A stretch of DNA of 64,000 bases, taken from IMG/VR virus record IMGVR_UViG_3300022753_000059. One strand, given 5' to 3'. Shown piece by piece: positions 59,216-64,000 of the stretch. Under the pieces are notes generated by a model. That model searched no databases, was not told where the DNA came from, and was given only the letters and a program-made list of their open reading frames with translations. How positions within the stretch are numbered: the first letter of the stretch is position 1; each line of letters starts with the position of its first letter. The position numbers and the translations under genes were made by a program. This stretch comes from an uncultured virus (IMG/VR IMGVR_UViG_3300022753_000059) (lineage: Duplodnaviria; Heunggongvirae; Uroviricota; Caudoviricetes).

Positions 59216-60901
59216 ATGGGATATTGTAATTCAGACATTAGCCACAACTGGGCGCACCAGTTGAAGAGCAGTCAAGGTGGAAGCAGCAATTTTAGCTTCC
59301 AGGGTAAGAAAATCTATAGCTACAGCACGGTCATCGGCCAGATTGTAGAAGTGAACAAGCAGACAATCTACCTATTGAATACTGGTAGTGCGTCCAATAC
59401 AACGAGCAAGCACCAGAGCCTTGTTTTCGGTGCTATTCCTAACGATGCCATTAAGTTCTCCATATCATTGGGCGACTTCCGTTGGAATTGGCGTGGCTAT
59501 GGCGGCTGGAATGGTGATTTTGACGAGAAAGAGCAAATCAGCCTGGTCAAGAAGTACATTGTTGCTCTTTATAAGTACATCGAGTTGTTCGAGGATTCAA
59601 AGACAATCTCTACAGAGCAGAACTTCTCTTTGAAGTGGTACGATGAAGCACAGCGTTTCTGTGATGTTACGAAGTGTACGACACTCAAGAAGCTGTACAA
59701 AAACTGGAATGCCGATTCTATCCAGATGTTCCATAACATCCAGAAGCCAGAGCAGCTGAGACGTATGCTACATGCGCTGAACAGCGGTGAACGAGACATG
59801 AAGCTCCTGGTTGACCTTACGCTTGGTAAGGGCGTGTATGCTGAATACGTGACGAGAACTAAGGGCGCACGTTCTGGCCAGAATACGCGAGACATCAACA
59901 AGCGTTTGGGCTTCGAGTCAAGAAGTTGCAGTTATCAAGCTTATTATGAGCCGTACAAGCTTTTGTACCTCAACAAAAATGAATGTAAAATCCTGCATCG
60001 AAACCGTACATTCCTGGAGCATACAGCTTATGGACGTGTTGAAGGCGGCTGGGATCGCAAGACGATTGAGAAGTACCGCAAGCAGGGAATCCTTATCCAG
60101 AAGATGTGTGAGACGAGGCGTGAGAACCTTATCAAGAATCTGGAGTATGAATGTATCAGTATGCGGAACAGACGGATGCAAGAGGCGAAAAAACGTCTGG
60201 AGAAATATATCGGTATGACTGGCTGGGCCTCATCCTCATGGTATAACGTCAAAGGTTTCACATCGTTCAATTATAATGGTACGGTGTATGACCAGTTCGG
60301 CTCCTACAACCGTTCTCGTGAACTGAGCATGGCTGAGTACGTTGAGTTCACGAAGATGAATAAGGAACAGCAACAAGAGTTCATCCGCACTAAGCAAGAC
60401 TGGATGCTTGCAATCCTCCAGGAAGAATTGCGTGAGCATAACGAATGGAAGCGTCATCAAGAGCTGGCAGAGATTGAACGCCAGGAAAAGCTGCGCATTC
60501 GTGAAATGAAGAAGGATTACATTGAGGCTAAGAAGGCAGAAGGTGACAGCGGTCTCATCCAGCTGTTTCACGAAGGTCTGATAGACGGTGGCTTCTATGG
60601 TAAGGGTGCATCGTTCTTCCACGGTGGAAACGCTCTCCTGCGTGTCAATGAAAAGACGCAACGAGTAGAGACTTCCAAGGGCATTTTCGTTTCGTTTGTG
60701 GAATGTAAGCGTCTTTGGGTCATCGTGAATCGCTGGCACAATAACGGAACAACCTTCACTTCATCTGATGAGAAGGTACACTCTACTACACATGACTGGG
60801 ATATTTCATGTTACCAGGACGATATTATGATTGCTGGGTGCCACGCCATCCATTATTCTGAAATGGAGTACGCGGCTCGTCAGTTAGGTTTCATTTCTTA
60901 A
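59216..60901 (+). CDS. Hypothetical phage protein (561 aa)
   Basis: Long ORF; IYSYST.IG, SNTTSKHQ, IAGCHAI motifs. Confidence 0.85.
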   Translation: MGYCNSDISHNWAHQLKSSQGGSSNFSFQGKKIYSYSTVIGQIVEVNKQTIYLLNTGSASNTTSKHQSLVFGAIPNDAIKFSISLGDFRWNWRGYGGWNGDFDEKEQISLVKKYIVALYKYIELFEDSKTISTEQNFSLKWYDEAQRFCDVTKCTTLKKLYKNWNADSIQMFHNIQKPEQLRRMLHALNSGERDMKLLVDLTLGKGVYAEYVTRTKGARSGQNTRDINKRLGFESRSCSYQAYYEPYKLLYLNKNECKILHRNRTFLEHTAYGRVEGGWDRKTIEKYRKQGILIQKMCETRRENLIKNLEYECISMRNRRMQEAKKRLEKYIGMTGWASSSWYNVKGFTSFNYNGTVYDQFGSYNRSRELSMAEYVEFTKMNKEQQQEFIRTKQDWMLAILQEELREHNEWKRHQELAEIERQEKLRIREMKKDYIEAKKAEGDSGLIQLFHEGLIDGGFYGKGASFFHGGNALLRVNEKTQRVETSKGIFVSFVECKRLWVIVNRWHNNGTTFTSSDEKVHSTTHDWDISCYQDDIMIAGCHAIHYSEMEYAARQLGFIS

Positions 60902-60913
60902 AACGGAAGCGGT

Positions 60914-61813
60914 ATGGAAAAGTATTCTAAAGACATTATTTGCCTCGTCAACCAGCAAGTGTTTGGTGACGAAGAGGAGCATCAAATCGAAATGGAATTT
61001 TTCGATGGGTATGCTATATCTGTGAATTGTAGGTACGGACTTACGTACCCGATGCTCAAACACCTCAGTAAGCCTATGAAGGCAGAGGTGGAAAACTACA
61101 CTGGAAGGGAGCTGGAAAGCCCATTCGACATCGCTTTGATGTACGCAAAGCCCTTCAAGCTCCCGACTGATGCTCGTGCAGACAAAGAGCATGATTTCCT
61201 CATGTCTATTCTCACTGAACGCCAGGTCGAAGAGTTTGAAAGATTCTCTGAAAAGCTGGAAGAGCGCGAATATGTGTTGGTCTATTTCGACCTCAATACC
61301 GACTGTGGCATCAACTTCTACTATGGTGGTAAGTTCTTCAACGATGTGGATGCGGCTGAATATTTTGTCAACAAAGGCATCATCGGCCAGGACAAGATGT
61401 TGAACCCACATCATCCTTCTCATCAATATGTTGTAGATGAGCTGAGTATTGACAGCAATGCTAAGATCGAGCGCATTTATTTCGAGAAGAACTCAGAGGA
61501 GAATCACGAGTTCTATTACCTCATATCCAGGCCGCTTGATTTGGCTACGGACGTGGTTCTGATATGGAACCGTGGCGGTCACAGCAAGTTCAACCAGAAT
61601 GAGGTACGGTTCTTCAATGACAGCAAGGCCGCTGCTGCTTATGCGGCAAAGGCTAAAGCGCGAGAATTTGCAGAGGAGCTGGAGTCATTCGGTATCACCT
61701 GGAATATGGAGGAAATCAAGTTCTTCAATCATCTTCCGACTCTCTATTATAGCTTCAATGTATGGGGCAATGATGGCTACAATGTACATATTGTTCACGG
61801 TAAATATAAATAA
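60914..61813 (+). CDS. Hypothetical protein
   Basis: 299-aa ORF. Confidence 0.8.
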   Translation: MEKYSKDIICLVNQQVFGDEEEHQIEMEFFDGYAISVNCRYGLTYPMLKHLSKPMKAEVENYTGRELESPFDIALMYAKPFKLPTDARADKEHDFLMSILTERQVEEFERFSEKLEEREYVLVYFDLNTDCGINFYYGGKFFNDVDAAEYFVNKGIIGQDKMLNPHHPSHQYVVDELSIDSNAKIERIYFEKNSEENHEFYYLISRPLDLATDVVLIWNRGGHSKFNQNEVRFFNDSKAAAAYAAKAKAREFAEELESFGITWNMEEIKFFNHLPTLYYSFNVWGNDGYNVHIVHGKYK

Positions 61814-61818
61814 AGCCT

Positions 61819-62370
61819 ATGAATATTCGAGAATTGAGAAAGGCATTCCCTTTCATTACGACCGATGAATTGAAATATGCGGTCAAACATAACGAGTACA
61901 AGACTGAGAGAGGCTTCTTGAAGCGTATGGCACAAATCAATGCCAAATACGAAGAGAAGGCCAATCGTAAGGACATCGTATCTATCACTATCAAAATAGT
62001 GTGGAAGCGTTCAAGCGTGTGGGGCAGCAATCCTTACGCTGAATACTGGGTACGATACGTTGATGGAACCACCAACTATGGGAAAGGCTATACATGTAGC
62101 GGTTGCGGCTATGACAAGACATCAACTGTGATTGCCGAGATCTTCAACCAGGAGTTCTCTGGTATGTTGTACCGCAAGCGTCATTCCAGAAAGAAAGCCC
62201 CTTACGGCATCCGTATGGACGGATGGTTCCCATCGTTCTCTGGAGGTGTAGGAGAGAGTTGTTATGGCGCAATCTCCAGCTTCCTTGGTGGCCACTGGAA
62301 GCATGTGGCCTGGAGTGATAACTTCGACCAGTTCGAGGCTAATTTCAAATGTAAAAAGAAAGCAGCATGA
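61819..62370 (+). CDS. Basic hypothetical protein
   Basis: 183-aa ORF (SGCGYDKTS). Confidence 0.75.
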   Translation: MNIRELRKAFPFITTDELKYAVKHNEYKTERGFLKRMAQINAKYEEKANRKDIVSITIKIVWKRSSVWGSNPYAEYWVRYVDGTTNYGKGYTCSGCGYDKTSTVIAEIFNQEFSGMLYRKRHSRKKAPYGIRMDGWFPSFSGGVGESCYGAISSFLGGHWKHVAWSDNFDQFEANFKCKKKAA

Positions 62371-62687
62371 ATACGCCCATCTTTACATTGTCTGCCACCC
62401 ACTTGAGCAACGAGGATGAAATCTTCGATGCTCTTGCGGTGGTGGATTATGAATCCGAGGACGCTGCTATCGGTGCCGCTCGTGAACTGGCTGGGAAACT
62501 GGCCAGCAGCTATGATGACGTTTGCCAGGTTACTGTGTACGGTGGCGAATGGCGCACTCCTGGAGGTGATGTGCATGGGGAAACCTACGACATATTCACA
62601 ATCTCCAGTAAATCTAAGGAAAAGACTATGGAAGCCCGAAAAAAGGCTGGATATGTTCAACTTGAAGTAAACGAATACATTGGTTAA
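62367..62687 (+). CDS. Hypothetical protein
   Basis: ATGA-coupled ORF. Confidence 0.7.
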   Translation: MNTPIFTLSATHLSNEDEIFDALAVVDYESEDAAIGAARELAGKLASSYDDVCQVTVYGGEWRTPGGDVHGETYDIFTISSKSKEKTMEARKKAGYVQLEVNEYIG

Positions 62688-62688
62688 T

Positions 62689-63078
62689 ATGGAAAGAACA
62701 AAACTATGGCCATGTCCGTTAGACGAGAAGAATCTTTGCACCGACTGGATTGAAGAACTTTTCGAGGATAATGGCATCCTGCGAACACCTAATGACGGTC
62801 ATAACGGAGTGAATCAGTTTATCGCTTTCGTTGAAAAACGGCTCTGCTGCATAACGTGGGAGCATGGAAGCAACCAGCTGTCATTCAATGTGCTTCCAGA
62901 CCATTTCGGAGCGTTCTATGCTGATGAATGCGCTACCAAGGCAATCGAGTTTATGAAAGCGAAGGTTGCTGAGATTGAATCGTGTGACAATGGAAGTGGA
63001 AACAAGATTTCCGTCCAGTACAACATCGAGCAGAATGATCGTATTGATTTCTTCTTTTACTGGGATAATTGTGATTAG
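62689..63078 (+). CDS. Hypothetical protein
   Basis: ATG 62689. Confidence 0.7.
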   Translation: MERTKLWPCPLDEKNLCTDWIEELFEDNGILRTPNDGHNGVNQFIAFVEKRLCCITWEHGSNQLSFNVLPDHFGAFYADECATKAIEFMKAKVAEIESCDNGSGNKISVQYNIEQNDRIDFFFYWDNCD

Positions 63079-63080
63079 CT

Positions 63081-63266
63081 ATGGCATACGTAAACGACTT
63101 TGGTGACTCTGTTGCAATCAATATGAGTCACCAGCAAATGAAGGATCTGAAAGACTTGCTGAATGAGGCCGTAACATCTGAATCTGTTGATGGCCACAAG
63201 AAGGAAAGCTATCAGAAACTTTATTACGCGATTGACAATTTTGAATACGAACAACAAAACGGTTAG
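63081..63266 (+). CDS. Small hypothetical protein
   Basis: ORF in operon. Confidence 0.6.
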   Translation: MAYVNDFGDSVAINMSHQQMKDLKDLLNEAVTSESVDGHKKESYQKLYYAIDNFEYEQQNG

Positions 63267-63269
63267 ACT

Positions 63270-63842
63270 ATGTTTCATACAAATTTCAAAGAACTTGTAG
63301 ATAAGATTAAGCTGCAAGAACAAAGGGAGGTGAAGATGGCCGCTCTTGCTCATGGCGGTAGGTGTGTCATGGAGCAAGATGAAGATTCACAGCTTCCTCG
63401 CATTACGGTATATTTCCAGGGATTCACTGATAGCGTTGACCAGGTTGATGTTACTGAGGTGATTGTGGAAAATGACAAGTTATTCATCAAAGGCAAGATG
63501 TATGAGTCATGTGAAGAGGTGGAGTTTCCAGCTGAGCAAGTATATCCTGGAGAGCTTCACTACGTCCTTGATTCCATTAAGCCGACCAAAGAATTAGATT
63601 CGACAATGGCATACAACTACAACGTATTTGAAGATACGATTGACCTCCAGGAGATTTCATCCCAGGCGGTAAGCGAGATTATGAACAAGATTGACTGTGA
63701 CCGTTTCACGGCATTTGAAATGTGCCAGAAGTGGGCCGATGAGTTTACGGAGAAATTCCGAAACCATAATTGGGGTGACGATGACATGTCGTACTACGAT
63801 CACATCGACTTCTTTATCGAACAAAAGCTGAAAGAATTATGA
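63270..63842 (+). CDS. Hypothetical protein, distant paralogue of 58693-59055
   Basis: 190-aa ORF. Confidence 0.75.
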   Translation: MFHTNFKELVDKIKLQEQREVKMAALAHGGRCVMEQDEDSQLPRITVYFQGFTDSVDQVDVTEVIVENDKLFIKGKMYESCEEVEFPAEQVYPGELHYVLDSIKPTKELDSTMAYNYNVFEDTIDLQEISSQAVSEIMNKIDCDRFTAFEMCQKWADEFTEKFRNHNWGDDDMSYYDHIDFFIEQKLKEL

Positions 63843-64000
63843 AAGCGGAACTTGACAAGATTAAAGAGTTCTCGCTCTCCATGAGAGAAGAGGACTGTGT
63901 GCGCATGTTTGGCGAAAGCGTTGGCCACCACCTATGGTCAAAGTACACCAGCTTCAGCAATGATTTCATGCGCTGGTATTGTTATCTGGACAAAGATAAT
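63839..64000 (+). CDS. Partial hypothetical protein (runs off the right edge)
   Basis: ATGA-coupled start MKAELDKIKEF... Confidence 0.55.
   Translation, partial: MKAELDKIKEFSLSMREEDCVRMFGESVGHHLWSKYTSFSNDFMRWYCYLDKDN

Noticed and set aside
1..64000. tRNA, rRNA, terminase and lysis genes
   Set aside because: None was recognisable by eye; they may lie outside the window, and tRNAscan/HMM searches would be needed to exclude them.

Overview
This window is a 64-kb segment of a large contractile-tailed (myovirus-like) phage or prophage. Bacteroidetes-type TAnnTTTG promoters and A-rich translation starts point to a Bacteroidales host. Bases 1-30.4 kb (minus strand) hold the virion module: portal, MuF, Clp-type protease, capsid, sheath, tube, chaperone, tape measure, baseplate and tail proteins. 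A complete diversity-generating retroelement (DGR) sits in this module, with RT, TR, avd and VR1 at the end of a 2012-aa tail-region protein. Bases 30.7-43 kb (plus strand) hold dUTPase, NAD-dependent ligase, a tyrosine recombinase, a Stealth + GT25 pair, a DUF2829/Tad2-like gene and a putative replication initiator with internal iteron-like repeats. Bases 44.7-48.4 kb are GC-rich, motif-dense and mostly non-coding. Bases 48.4-64 kb are small plus-strand hypothetical genes. The main finding is that the same TR also templates a second VR about 53 kb away on the opposite strand. That VR lies inside a small non-structural gene, carries a 4-codon insertion, and is followed by the same hairpin core, here embedded in coding sequence. 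Other highlights are a predicted -1 frameshift fusing portal to MuF and a ~240-nt structured ncRNA candidate. All alignments and family calls were made by eye; no database was searched.
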